DNA of 53,769 nucleotides from an uncultured bacterium (GTDB taxonomy: Bacteria; Poribacteria; WGA-4E; GCA-2687025). Under the pieces are notes generated by a model. It was not told the DNA's origin, did not search any database, and saw only the letters and a list, made by a program, of their open reading frames with translations. The position numbers were made by a program, and so were the translations under genes. The stretch is from the NCBI GenBank assembly GCA_964473525.1, contig CAYYPK010000033.1, positions 1 through 53,769 of the forward strand, read 5' to 3'. Shown here one piece after another: positions 1 through 9,340 of the stretch (its first letter is position 1; each line of letters begins with the position of its first letter).

Positions 1-287
1 GTCTTCACGCGATCTCCACGACGCTTTGGAACCTTCGACGGGGCGATCACACAGCAGGCGATGTCCCAATCGGTGAACTGCCGCTGGAGCGTATACCCCG
101 CTCCGCTGGCCTCGTAGCAGCACCGAAGCTCATACTGGTTCGACAGCCGACCGAAGTACCGTCGGACTGCTCCCATCTCGTTGGGAAGCGTGACCTCGTC
201 GATGAACGTCTCCCCCACCTGCGCTAGCGCAGCCACTCGGATCGTATCCTGATGCACATCCATGCCAACGCAAGCTACGCTCTGCAT
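1..287 (-). mobile_element. IS110-family (DEDD) transposase, N-terminal ~95 codons; the gene continues beyond the window start
   Basis: Translating the minus strand from the ATG at 287..285 gives MQSVACVGMDVHQDTIRVAAL...ELRCCYEASGAGYTLQRQF...IAPSKVPKRRGDRVK, the conserved N-terminal pattern of IS110/IS116/IS902-type transposases. A GGGAG Shine-Dalgarno lies 8 nt upstream. The ORF is absent from the supplied track only because it runs off the edge. Confidence 0.65.
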
Positions 288-681
288 GACCGGTCTCCCG
301 ATCGGTCTGGGCGGCCCTGCCACAGCGTCTTTTGCTAGCACAAACCAGATACGCCGACAGGCCGAACCGGGCATTCCATGGTGACTGAGGAGCGAAGACG
401 AGCGATGCCACTAGACATCAGCAAGCGAGCGGAAGAACCTCTGCTCAACGACTAACGTTGGAGATCCTACGCTGGGCTCAGGATGACCCCCAACGGCGCG
501 CGTCTTCGGCCCAACAGCATCCTGTCTAGAGGACGCCCGCAGCCGACCCTCCAGGCGCGCGACTCGCTGCTGTGTGGCCCGGGTCGCGTTGCCCGGCCGC
601 CGCGACGCGGTTAAAATCCGTCGGGGCTCGTTAGCGCCTCCGTGGGGGTCGGCGCGCGAATTCAGCAGAGACAGGTGGGGT

Positions 682-1722
682 ATGATCACGCCGGCCACGG
701 GCGCGCGGACCGAAGACAGACTGACACTCGTCGACCCGGACGGTCGTCTCGACCTCTCCATCGTCGTGCCCGTATACGAGGAGCGCGACAACCTCAAGCC
801 TCTACACGAGCAGATCACGACCGCCCTCGACGCACTACCCTACGCGTCCGAGATCGTGTACGTAGACGACGGCTCGCAAGACGGATCCGTGGATGTGCTG
901 CGCGAGATCGCGGAGGGCGACGCTCGCACGCGGGCGGTGCGGTTCCGCCGCAACTTCGGGCAGACCGCGGCGATGAGCGCTGGGTTCGACTACGCGCGCG
1001 GCGCGGTCATCATCACGATGGACGCCGATCTACAGAACGACCCCGCCGACATCGGCATGCTCATGGACAAGCTCGCCGAGGGGTACGACATCGTTAGCGG
1101 CTGGCGCAAGAACCGGCAGGACGGGCTCGTGCTGCGGAAGGTTCCGTCGCGCCTCGCAAATCGCCTGATCTGCCGCATCACGGGCGTCTCCCTGCACGAC
1201 TTCGGGTGCACCCTGAAGGCGTATCGCCGCGAGGTGGTCGAGAACATCCGCCTGTACGGCGAGATGCACCGCTTCATCCCCGCGCTCGCGCATTGGATAG
1301 GCGCGGAGACGACCGAAGTCGTCGTGAACCACCGAGCGCGGGTTTGGGGCCGGTCGAAGTACGGCATCTCCCGGACGATTCGGGTGGTTCTGGATCTCGT
1401 CACCATCGCCTTCCTCATGAACTTCTCCACCCGACCTATTCAGGTGTTCGGGCGGATCGGCCTCGCGTCGGGTTTCGCGGGCACGGGCATCTGCGCGTGG
1501 CTGTCCGTTGCGAAGTTCGTCGCCCCGGAGAGCAACTCGCTGCTGGAGCGCATGCCGATGCTGCTCCTGGGCGTGCTGCTGATCTTCGTGGGCGTGCAGT
1601 TCATCACCATGGGTCTACTCGGCGAGCTGATGACGCGGACCTATCACGAAGCGCAGGGCAAGCCCATCTACGTCGTGCGCGAGGTAATGTCCCAACCTGC
1701 GGACGAAGACGCGACGTCGTGA
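682..1722 (+). CDS. GT2-family polyprenol-phosphate glycosyltransferase (DPM1/GtrB/ArnC-like) with two C-terminal TM helices
   Basis: Internal ATG of ORF 574..1722 with aGGTGGGG 5 nt upstream. Motifs LSIVVPVYEE, YVDDGSQDGS and TMDADLQNDP (DxD) are present, ending in two hydrophobic helices typical of bactoprenol-P glycosyltransferases. Confidence 0.85.
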   Translation: MITPATGARTEDRLTLVDPDGRLDLSIVVPVYEERDNLKPLHEQITTALDALPYASEIVYVDDGSQDGSVDVLREIAEGDARTRAVRFRRNFGQTAAMSAGFDYARGAVIITMDADLQNDPADIGMLMDKLAEGYDIVSGWRKNRQDGLVLRKVPSRLANRLICRITGVSLHDFGCTLKAYRREVVENIRLYGEMHRFIPALAHWIGAETTEVVVNHRARVWGRSKYGISRTIRVVLDLVTIAFLMNFSTRPIQVFGRIGLASGFAGTGICAWLSVAKFVAPESNSLLERMPMLLLGVLLIFVGVQFITMGLLGELMTRTYHEAQGKPIYVVREVMSQPADEDATS

Positions 1723-1767
1723 GACCATCCCGTAGCGCCCGTTCGCCAGCCCGAGAGGGATCCCGCC

Positions 1768-2889
1768 GTGCCAGCCGCTGATGGCGTGCCGGTCGACGCG
1801 GGCGAGGCGTCGTTCTGGCTCCCCGCCGAGTTCCTCAGCTTCACTGGACCGATCACGAGAGCCGACGTCCGCGACGCGCGCGCCTCTGCCAAGGGCGCCC
1901 ACGCGGCTCTGTCGGCAGGGACGGCCGTAGTTCTCCGCGGCGACTTCCGCTACGTGGACGGCTCCTTCCGCCTGTGCCAGCGCATGCGACGGCAACTTGT
2001 CCCGAACCGTCACTTCGCACACATAGAGGATCACCGCGCGCGCAAAGCCGCCTATGTCGAGGAAGGGCGGCGACGGCTCCACAGACTGCTTGTCGAGGGA
2101 GACGGCGACTCCCTGCCCGCACTGGAAGGCGCGCCAGACACGGAGGGACTGACGGCGTGGTTCGACGGCGGGCCGCCGCCGCGTCCGTACCTGATACCGT
2201 ATCGGCGGCTTCAGCGCATACTCACGGACATGCAGCGCGCCCGCGAAGGGGTGATGGTCGACGCCATCGGGCAGTCGCTGACGATCCATCCGCACGTGTA
2301 CGTGCCGTCGGACGGCAGCGTCCCGGCCATGTACCTGAAGCACGCCGACCTTCTGCGTGGCGCGGACGTGCTCGACATCGGCACCGGCACGGGAGTGCTC
2401 GCCATACTGGCCGCCAAGGTGGGAGCCCGGTCGGTGGTGGCGACCGACGTAAGTCCTGACGCCGTCGCGAACGCGAGGGCGAACGTGACGCGGACAGAAA
2501 CCGGCGACATCGTGTCCGTGAAGGACGCCGCGCCGCTCTTCGACGCGGTCGCCGACGAGACGTTCGATGTGGTCATGTTCAACGTGCCGTGGATGGACGC
2601 CGAGCCCCTGACGCGCTACGACGTCGCGCGCTACGATCCGGGCTTCCGCGTACTGAGCGGATTCCTGGCGGGTTGTCGATGTCACTTGCGGCCGGGAGGC
2701 GCCGCGTTGGTGCAGCTATCCGACATCGCGCGGGCGGGCGGAGGCGACCCCGTGGCGCTACTTGTCGAACGGGCAGCCGCCAGCGGCCTCGCCGTCGCGT
2801 CGGCAGAGAGCATCGACAGGCGAAGTCGCACCGCTGGCGGCACGGAGACGGTCTACGTGTTCGAGCTGCGGGCCAGGGACGGCGGCTAG
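1768..2889 (+). CDS. Class I SAM-dependent methyltransferase with an NPPY-like (NVPW) amino-methyltransferase motif
   Basis: GTG start with GAGAGGGA 7 nt upstream. Motif I VLDIGTGTGVLAI and motif IV FNVPW resemble HemK/PrmC/RsmC-type N-methyltransferases. The N-terminal ~200 aa are an unknown domain. Confidence 0.7.
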   Translation: MPAADGVPVDAGEASFWLPAEFLSFTGPITRADVRDARASAKGAHAALSAGTAVVLRGDFRYVDGSFRLCQRMRRQLVPNRHFAHIEDHRARKAAYVEEGRRRLHRLLVEGDGDSLPALEGAPDTEGLTAWFDGGPPPRPYLIPYRRLQRILTDMQRAREGVMVDAIGQSLTIHPHVYVPSDGSVPAMYLKHADLLRGADVLDIGTGTGVLAILAAKVGARSVVATDVSPDAVANARANVTRTETGDIVSVKDAAPLFDAVADETFDVVMFNVPWMDAEPLTRYDVARYDPGFRVLSGFLAGCRCHLRPGGAALVQLSDIARAGGGDPVALLVERAAASGLAVASAESIDRRSRTAGGTETVYVFELRARDGG

Positions 2890-3662
2890 CGCCTGAGGTC
2901 GCCCCACGCGACCGTCAACTTGCCCCGCGAATCAACGGGAAGGCCGCCCAAGGCGGCCTGTAGGCCGTTTTCCGCGATGGCCAGGATGTCCTCTTCGGCG
3001 AGCGCGACGTTGAAGATCCCTACGTCGTCGATGATGCCGACGAAGAAGGAGCCGCCGCCCCAGCGACCAATCTCAACCGCTCCGCCCGCGGCGCCGATCT
3101 TCCCAGGCCGCGTGCTCTGTCCGGCGAGGATGCCGTTGACATAGACCTTCAGGTGGTCGACATCGCCCTTCGGTTCCTGCTCGTAGGTCGCGGCGAAGTG
3201 GATCCACTCGTCCAGGTTCGGGACGGTCGCGCTCGCGCGCGGCTCCCACGCGCCGCCTGGCTTCACGAACGCCGACATCTTGTTCCCCTCGCCGGGGGGA
3301 TCTATCCGCAGCAGGTACTCGTCGTTCTTCGCAATGAGCTGCCGCCAGTCCCCGATGTCCTCGGCGAAGAACCACGCCATCATCGAAAGCTGCTCGGTCG
3401 CTTGTAGCTCAGGTTGGTCCGCGATACTCACCCACGACGCGCCGTCGAACTGCAGCGCGGCGCCGAACTTGCCCACGGCCCAGTCGGGTCCGTTCAACTC
3501 GCCATCGAAGCCGCGGCCCGAGGAATCGGCCGCCGTGTCGCCGCCGTCCTCGTCCAGGAGCCACACGCCGACAGCGGTGGTTGGATCGATGTCGGCCCGG
3601 GCCGTCGCAGCCAGCGCGCCGATGCATACCGAGAGAGTCGCCGCGATCACCAGTCTACCCAT
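2886..3662 (-). CDS. Secreted LamG/concanavalin-A-like domain protein
   Basis: Signal peptide MGRLVIAATLSVCIGALAATARA. AGGAGA RBS 7 nt upstream. Beta-sandwich laminin-G-like features (W/F-rich, VYVNG...IGRWGGG). Lies 43 nt downstream of the metH stop. Its stop overlaps the convergent methyltransferase stop by 4 nt. Confidence 0.55.
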   Translation of the reverse strand: MGRLVIAATLSVCIGALAATARADIDPTTAVGVWLLDEDGGDTAADSSGRGFDGELNGPDWAVGKFGAALQFDGASWVSIADQPELQATEQLSMMAWFFAEDIGDWRQLIAKNDEYLLRIDPPGEGNKMSAFVKPGGAWEPRASATVPNLDEWIHFAATYEQEPKGDVDHLKVYVNGILAGQSTRPGKIGAAGGAVEIGRWGGGSFFVGIIDDVGIFNVALAEEDILAIAENGLQAALGGLPVDSRGKLTVAWGDLRR

Positions 3663-3705
3663 GCCCGTCTCTCCTAACCGGCCAACCCGACCTGCGTGGA
3701 CACGC

Positions 3706-6700
3706 CTACGCCCGCTGCTTCGTGTCGAAGTATACAGCGTCTGGATGGTGGAACACGACCGCGCTGACGCTCGCCTCCGGGTCCATCATGTGCGACTCCG
3801 TGAGGTGGACGCCGATGTCCTCTGGAGATAGTAGGCGCCACATCGCCTCGTGCGCCTGCATGTCCGGGCAAGCCGGATACCCGAAGCTGTAACGCTTGCC
3901 GCGGTAGTCGCCGCGCATGAGGTCACGCGGCGCCGCGGCTGGATCGTCCGCGAATCCCCACATCGCGCGTATCTGCTTGTGCAGGCGTTCCGCGAACGCC
4001 TCGGCCAACTCGTAAGCCAGGGCGGAGAGCGTGTGCGATGCCACGTACTCGCCAGCGTCCTTCAGCCTCTCTGCGGTCTCGCGTGCCGACCCGCCCGCCG
4101 TGGTCACGAACATGCATACGCTGTCCGTCGCGCCCGAGTCGGTCGCGCTGACGTAGTCGGCGAGACAGAGACCGTCCTCCACCGACTGGCGAGGGAACGC
4201 GAATCGCTCGCATGCTCCCGAGCCGTTGCGGTCGGAGATGTCCACTGCGTTCCCGGCCGCCACGGCGCCGTAGAACTGATAGACCGCCTTCGGCGCCAGC
4301 CATCCCTCCGCCATCGCGCGAGAGCGGACATCGCGAACAGAGCGTTCCAGAGCCAGCGCCTTGCTGTCTCCCGCCGCTAACGCCTTGGTGAACGAGCCTC
4401 GGAAACCCATCCCCCTGCCATACAGCAACTGTGGGTTGATCCACTCGAAGAGTTCGTCCGCGTCGCCCTCAATGACGTGTCGGGCGTAGTTGGGCGGCGT
4501 CGGCGGAGCCGTGACGACCGACACGCGCCACGACCTTCGATTGGCCGTGGGCGCGGCCGCTGGCGAAGGCTGAGGGCGCGGAGCCTGCGACGCGGCGGCG
4601 TCGGGAACACGGGTGTCCAGCGGCTCCCCAGCCATCAGAGCGTTGGCGAGCCGGAGTCCATCCATGGCGTCGCGGGCGTACGCCACGACGCCATCATAGG
4701 CCGGGGCGATTCTGCTCTGTGTGAACTTCGCGGACAACGCTGCCCCGCCAACGAGCAACGGGGCGTCCACGCCGCGAGCGGCGAGATCCTCGGCGGTCGT
4801 CACCATCTGTAGGGCCGACTTCACGAGCAACCCGGACAGACCGATGATGTCGGGGTTGTGCTCCTGCACGGCCCCGATCAGCGTCTCGGGCGCAATCTTG
4901 ATGCCGAGATTGACGACGTTGTACCCGTTGTTCGTGAGGATGATGTCCACGAGGTTCTTGCCGATGTCGTGGACGTCCCCTTTGACCGTCGCCAGCAGCA
5001 CCGTGCCGCGTGAGTCGCCGTCGGCCTTGTCCATGTGCGGCTCGAGGTGGGAGACCGCGGCCTTCATGGCTTCTGCGCTCTGTAGCACTTCCGCGACGAT
5101 TAGCTCGTTCGCGTTGAACAGCCGTCCCACTTCGTCCATGCCTGCCATCAGCGGGCCGTTCACGATGTCCAGCGGCGGGCGATCGGCGAGCGCGCTGTCT
5201 AGGTCACCGGTCAGACCGTCGCGGACGCCGTCGACGATGTACCGCGCGAGACGCTCGTCCAGAGACATGTGCGCCCAGTCGTCCGCTGTGGCGGTCGCCT
5301 TGCGGCCGCGGAAGTGGTCGGAGAACTCCTGTATCGCGGCGTCGCTGTTGTCGAACAGAAGGCTCTCGGCCAGCTGCTTCTCGTCGTCGGGGATGGACGC
5401 GTACCGCTCCAACCGTTCGGTGTTCACGATCGCCAGGTCGAGCCCGGCGCGCGTGCAGTGGTACAGGAAGACGGAGTTGAGCACCTCGCGTCCCGCAGGG
5501 GGCAGGCCAAACGACACGTTCGAGATGCCGAGGACCGTCCGTGTGCCGGGGAACCGTTCCTTGAGCGCACGCACGCCCTCCACCGTCTGTCCACCAGCGT
5601 CCATGTACGTGGCGTCGCCGGTGCCGACCGGGAACACGAGCGGATCCCAGATGATGTCCTCCTCGGGCACGCCATACCTGCCGGTCAGCAGATCGTATGA
5701 CCGCTCCGCGATGGCGAGCTTGCGCTCCACCGTGACGCCCATGCCCTGGTCGGGATCCTCGTCGATCGTACCGACCACGAGTGCGGCGCCGTACTGCTTC
5801 GCGAGTGGGACGACCCGCGCGAAGCGGTCCTCGCCATCCTCCAGATTGACGGAGTTGATGATCGCCTTGCCCTGCGAGTATCTCAGCGCCTGCTCGATGA
5901 CCGTGGCGTCCGTCGAGTCCACCATGATCGGCATCTTGATCTTCTTCACGAGCCGCTCGTAGAACTGGCGCACGTCCTCGGCTTCGTCGCGGTCGGGGTC
6001 CTGAAGGCAGACGTCGATGACGTGCGCTCCGCCTCGCGCCTGACGCCTCGCGATCTCCGCCGCCTCGTCGTACTTGCCGCGCTCGATGAGTCGGCGGAAC
6101 TTGCGGCTGCCAAGCACGTTCGTCCGCTCGCCTACGAAGTACGGCCTGCCATCGTCCTCGACGGTAAGCAGGTCGAGCCCGGACACCTGGGTGCGGGAGT
6201 ATTCCGCCGCGGCCCGGGGCGGGTAGGAGGACGCCACCTCGGCAAATGCCGTGACGTGCGCGGGCGTCGTCCCGCAGCATCCACCGATGGCGTTCAGCCA
6301 GCCGTTCTCAGCGAACCGCGACAACACGGCCGCCATCGCCGCGGGCGACTCGTTGTAGTCGCCGTTCTCGTCTGGCAGGCCTGCATTTGGCACGCACGTT
6401 ACCCGCGTCTTCGCGATGTCGGCGAGCGCGCGGACGTGGTCGGTCATGAACGTGGGGCCGGTCGAGCAGTTGACACCCACACTGAAGAGCGGCAAGTGCT
6501 CGACGGCCACGGCGAGGGCCTCGATCGCCTGACCCCCGAGAGTCGCCCCCATGAGTTCGACAGTGCCGGACAGCATCACGGGCGCGTCGGCGCCAGCGTC
6601 GTCGAGGGCGGCGCGGATCCCGGTGATCGCCGCCTTGATGTTCAGCGTGTCCTGCGCGGTCTCCAAGAGCAGCAGGTCGACGCCGCCCTCCAGGAGCGCG

Positions 6701-7155
6701 GCCGCCTGCGCGTAGTAGACGTCGCGGACTTCCTCCCACGTGATCCCGCCGGTCACGGTAATCGACTTGGTGCCGGGACCCAACGAGCCGGCGACGAGCC
6801 TCGGCCGGTCAGGTGTCGACGCGGCGTCCGCGGCCGCGCGCGCCACTTCGGCCGCGGCGAGGTTCACCGCCACCACCTCGTCCTGTAGGCCGTATTCGGC
6901 CAGCACGGTGCCCGACCCGCCGAACGTGTTGGTCTCGATGATGTCCGCGCCGGCGGCCAGGTACTCCGCGTGGATGTCCTGTATGACTTGAGGCCTCGTC
7001 ACGGACACGTAGTCGACGCAGCCCTCGTACTGCTCGCCGCCGTAGTCGGCCGCGCTCAGGTCGCGCTGTTGGATGCTCGTGCCCATGGCGCCGTCGAGCA
7101 CCATGATGCGGTCGGCGAACAGAGCCTCGATTTCGGGCGGGGTCAGTCGGGGCAA
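3706..7155 (-). CDS. metH: Cobalamin-dependent methionine synthase
   Basis: 1149 aa with Hcy-binding, pterin-binding, B12-binding (DVHDIGKNLV...GLSGLL) and AdoMet reactivation domains in canonical order. Start overlaps the upstream gene's stop by 13 nt. Confidence 0.9.
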   Translation of the reverse strand: MPRLTPPEIEALFADRIMVLDGAMGTSIQQRDLSAADYGGEQYEGCVDYVSVTRPQVIQDIHAEYLAAGADIIETNTFGGSGTVLAEYGLQDEVVAVNLAAAEVARAAADAASTPDRPRLVAGSLGPGTKSITVTGGITWEEVRDVYYAQAAALLEGGVDLLLLETAQDTLNIKAAITGIRAALDDAGADAPVMLSGTVELMGATLGGQAIEALAVAVEHLPLFSVGVNCSTGPTFMTDHVRALADIAKTRVTCVPNAGLPDENGDYNESPAAMAAVLSRFAENGWLNAIGGCCGTTPAHVTAFAEVASSYPPRAAAEYSRTQVSGLDLLTVEDDGRPYFVGERTNVLGSRKFRRLIERGKYDEAAEIARRQARGGAHVIDVCLQDPDRDEAEDVRQFYERLVKKIKMPIMVDSTDATVIEQALRYSQGKAIINSVNLEDGEDRFARVVPLAKQYGAALVVGTIDEDPDQGMGVTVERKLAIAERSYDLLTGRYGVPEEDIIWDPLVFPVGTGDATYMDAGGQTVEGVRALKERFPGTRTVLGISNVSFGLPPAGREVLNSVFLYHCTRAGLDLAIVNTERLERYASIPDDEKQLAESLLFDNSDAAIQEFSDHFRGRKATATADDWAHMSLDERLARYIVDGVRDGLTGDLDSALADRPPLDIVNGPLMAGMDEVGRLFNANELIVAEVLQSAEAMKAAVSHLEPHMDKADGDSRGTVLLATVKGDVHDIGKNLVDIILTNNGYNVVNLGIKIAPETLIGAVQEHNPDIIGLSGLLVKSALQMVTTAEDLAARGVDAPLLVGGAALSAKFTQSRIAPAYDGVVAYARDAMDGLRLANALMAGEPLDTRVPDAAASQAPRPQPSPAAAPTANRRSWRVSVVTAPPTPPNYARHVIEGDADELFEWINPQLLYGRGMGFRGSFTKALAAGDSKALALERSVRDVRSRAMAEGWLAPKAVYQFYGAVAAGNAVDISDRNGSGACERFAFPRQSVEDGLCLADYVSATDSGATDSVCMFVTTAGGSARETAERLKDAGEYVASHTLSALAYELAEAFAERLHKQIRAMWGFADDPAAAPRDLMRGDYRGKRYSFGYPACPDMQAHEAMWRLLSPEDIGVHLTESHMMDPEASVSAVVFHHPDAVYFDTKQRA

Positions 7156-8999
7156 GGCAGCGTCCCTTCCCGTTCGCGTATGTAGTCGACGAGCTCGTAC
7201 GCCATCTCGTAGCGGCGGAGCATCGGTATGATGTAGATGTGGCGGAACCCAGCGTCGAGCGCCATGTCGATGTACTCACGCGCGATCGCCACACCCTCGG
7301 ATTCAGGGTCGGAGGCGGCGTGCATGCGCGCCCGCACTGCCTCTGGAATCTCGAAGCCGGGCACCTCGTTGTGCAGGAAGTCCGCGTTCCGCCCGCTGAT
7401 GATCGGTACGATGCCCACGAAGATGGCCACGTCCATGTCACGCGTTTTCTGGCGCAGCTCCTCGGTGCGCTCTCGGTTCTCGGGCGGCTGTGTCATCGCG
7501 TACCTGGCGCCCAGCGAGACCTTCTTCTCGAGCCGGCGTAACTCGCCGTCCATCCGCGCTCGGTTGGGATTCAGCGCGCACCCGATGGTGAACGACGTCG
7601 AGCGGCTGATGGACTCGCCGCCCATGTTCTCGCCACGGTTCATCCGCGAGAGCATGTCGATGAGCCCGAACGAGTTCGTGTCGAAGACCGACGTGCCCTC
7701 GCTGCCCCCGAGCGAGATGGGGTCGCCCGTGATCGCGAGGACGTGATTGATCCCCAGCACGTAACCGCCGAGTAGCTCGGACTGCTGGCCGATGAGGTTC
7801 CGGTCGCGACACGTGCAGTGGCAGATGGCGGTGAGACCCGTTTCCTTCTGGATAAGGTGGCTTAGCGCCCAACTGCTCATGCGCACTGACGCGAGTTGGT
7901 TCTCCGCAATGCTGACGGCGTTCACGCCGCGCCTCTTCAGCTCTCCCGCGACTCGGACGGCCGCGTTGATGGCGAGCCCGCGCGGCGGGTCGACCTCGAC
8001 GATGACGTTTACCGGGTGCGTGTTTGCCTTGAGGAAGTCCGGCGGCCCGGGGACGGCAACGCGCGGCGCCTTCCGCTTCCGCCGCCGCTTCGGAGGCGCG
8101 GGCGGAGGGGTGGTCGCGCGGGGCGCCGGCGCGCGGCCCGCTACTCTCTTCGCCACCTGGCGGATGTGGTCGGGGGTCGTGCCGCAGCACCCCCCGATGA
8201 GGTTCGCGCCAGCGGCCGCCATGTCGTCGGCCGTGTCGGCGAAGTAGTCGGCGTTGCTGGCGTAGAGCAGTCGGCCCTCGACGTACCGGGCGAAGCTGGC
8301 GTTGGCGAACACGGAGATGGGCCGATTGGTTGCCTCGGCCATCGCGCGCACGGCACGCAGGGCGGCGTTCGGCCCGCCGGGGCCGCAGTTGACCCCAATG
8401 ACGTCTACGTCCAGCGCCTCAAGGGCCCGCGCCACGTGGGCGGGATCGCTGTCGCTGCCGACACGCGGGCGGGCGGAGGCGGTCATCTGGGCCACGACAG
8501 GCAGGTCGGCAACGGCGCGCGCCGCCCGTACGGCCGTCTCGAGCGCGTCTAGCCTGCCGAACGTCTCGATGATGAGCGCATCGACGCCGCCCTCGTGCAG
8601 TGCGGCGATCTGCTCTTGCCACACCTCCTCGGGGGTCGTTCCTTCACCTAGCTCCCACTGTCCCGCTGGCCCGACGGAACCGAGGACGTAGCCGTCATCG
8701 CCTGCCGCAGCGCGCGCCAGACGCGCGCCCGCGACGTTGATGGCGACCAGGTCGTCCGCCAGTCCTGCCCCCGTCAGCTTGTTCCGGTTCGCTCCGAACG
8801 TGTTCGTCTCGATGGTCTGCGCGCCGGCCTGTCGGTACTCCTCGTGCACGGCCCGGACAGCGTCGGGGTGGGCGATGTTGAGACGCTCGAAGTTGCCCTC
8901 CAGGGGCACTCCCTTTGCGTGGAGGTACATGCCCATCGCGCCGTCGCCGACGAGTACCTGCCGTGTAAGATGGTCCACGAACGACTTGCTGTCGGGCAC
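7143..8999 (-). CDS. Bifunctional homocysteine S-methyltransferase / 5,10-methylenetetrahydrofolate reductase (YitJ-like fusion)
   Basis: N-terminal Hcy-methyltransferase domain (VGDGAMGMYL...ETNTFGAN...GGCCGTTPDHI) is fused to a C-terminal MetF/MTHFR domain. GTG start with GAGGAAGGA upstream. Same architecture as B. subtilis YitJ. Confidence 0.8.
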   Translation of the reverse strand: MPDSKSFVDHLTRQVLVGDGAMGMYLHAKGVPLEGNFERLNIAHPDAVRAVHEEYRQAGAQTIETNTFGANRNKLTGAGLADDLVAINVAGARLARAAAGDDGYVLGSVGPAGQWELGEGTTPEEVWQEQIAALHEGGVDALIIETFGRLDALETAVRAARAVADLPVVAQMTASARPRVGSDSDPAHVARALEALDVDVIGVNCGPGGPNAALRAVRAMAEATNRPISVFANASFARYVEGRLLYASNADYFADTADDMAAAGANLIGGCCGTTPDHIRQVAKRVAGRAPAPRATTPPPAPPKRRRKRKAPRVAVPGPPDFLKANTHPVNVIVEVDPPRGLAINAAVRVAGELKRRGVNAVSIAENQLASVRMSSWALSHLIQKETGLTAICHCTCRDRNLIGQQSELLGGYVLGINHVLAITGDPISLGGSEGTSVFDTNSFGLIDMLSRMNRGENMGGESISRSTSFTIGCALNPNRARMDGELRRLEKKVSLGARYAMTQPPENRERTEELRQKTRDMDVAIFVGIVPIISGRNADFLHNEVPGFEIPEAVRARMHAASDPESEGVAIAREYIDMALDAGFRHIYIIPMLRRYEMAYELVDYIREREGTLPCPD

Positions 9000-9278
9000 T
9001 CCCTACCCGTCCTTCCTCGCTGTACACACGGACGCTGAGCGAGCAGCGCGGTCACACCGCGGACGAATGGTATCACACCGCGTCGCGCGGGGCGCCGGCG
9101 TTGGAGGTGGTGGCGGGTCGGCCCAGCGGTTCAGGGCTGGGCAGCGGTCGCCGCTAGCGGCGATGGTGTCGTGCCTGACTGGGCGCCGGGCCTGTAGGCG
9201 GACACGGCGCGCTGCCCTGACGTGCGCTGATCGAGTACCCCTGATCGCGAGGGCCCGCGTCGCCCGCTGACCGCGTGC
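9000..9278 (-). promoter_or_regulatory. Long structured 5' leader of the yitJ-like/metH operon; candidate SAM-responsive riboswitch (SAM-IV or SAM-I/IV-variant-like)
   Basis: 340 nt non-coding and GC-rich. Contains hairpins CCCAGC-N8-GCUGGG, palindrome GCCGCUAGCGGC, CCUCCAACGCCGG and a twice-repeated GCGGUGUGA that resemble SAM-IV core elements (GCUGGCCGG...CCUCCAACCGCGG...GGGUGAUGACC). YitJ homologues are classic S-box genes. Confidence 0.3.
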
Positions 9279-9310
9279 ACGGAAAGGCGACCCCATACGT
9301 TGGGATCGCC
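9279..9310 (-). terminator. Intrinsic terminator-like hairpin downstream of the glnA-glnB-secreted protein unit
   Basis: On the minus strand the sequence is GGCGAUCCCA-ACGUA-UGGGGUCGCC, a 10-bp stem with one G-U pair, followed by UUUCC. Confidence 0.5.
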
Positions 9311-9340
9311 AAAATCCGTGGGTCCGCCCAAGTCGTGGAA

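Noticed and set aside
130-818. Minus-strand ORFs 130..411 and 411..818.
   Set aside because: They overlap the IS110 transposase fragment in another frame and span the IS/GT2 intergenic region with junk-like translations.
3850-8700. Numerous long ORFs on the strand opposite to, or out of frame with, metH and the YitJ-like gene (for example 4721..5962 +, 5204..6280 -, 6022..6888 +, 7438..8190 -, 7896..8552 +).
   Set aside because: Their translations are Arg/Pro/Ala/Ser-rich and low in complexity. They are typical stop-codon-poor shadow frames of a ~68% GC genome and lie wholly inside strongly supported genes.
9000-9340. Cobalamin riboswitch upstream of metH.
   Set aside because: Only a partial B12-box-like string (AGUCAGGCACGAC) is present. 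MetH is the B12-dependent enzyme and is not usually B12-riboswitch controlled. A SAM-type element is more plausible and is reported as a tentative finding.
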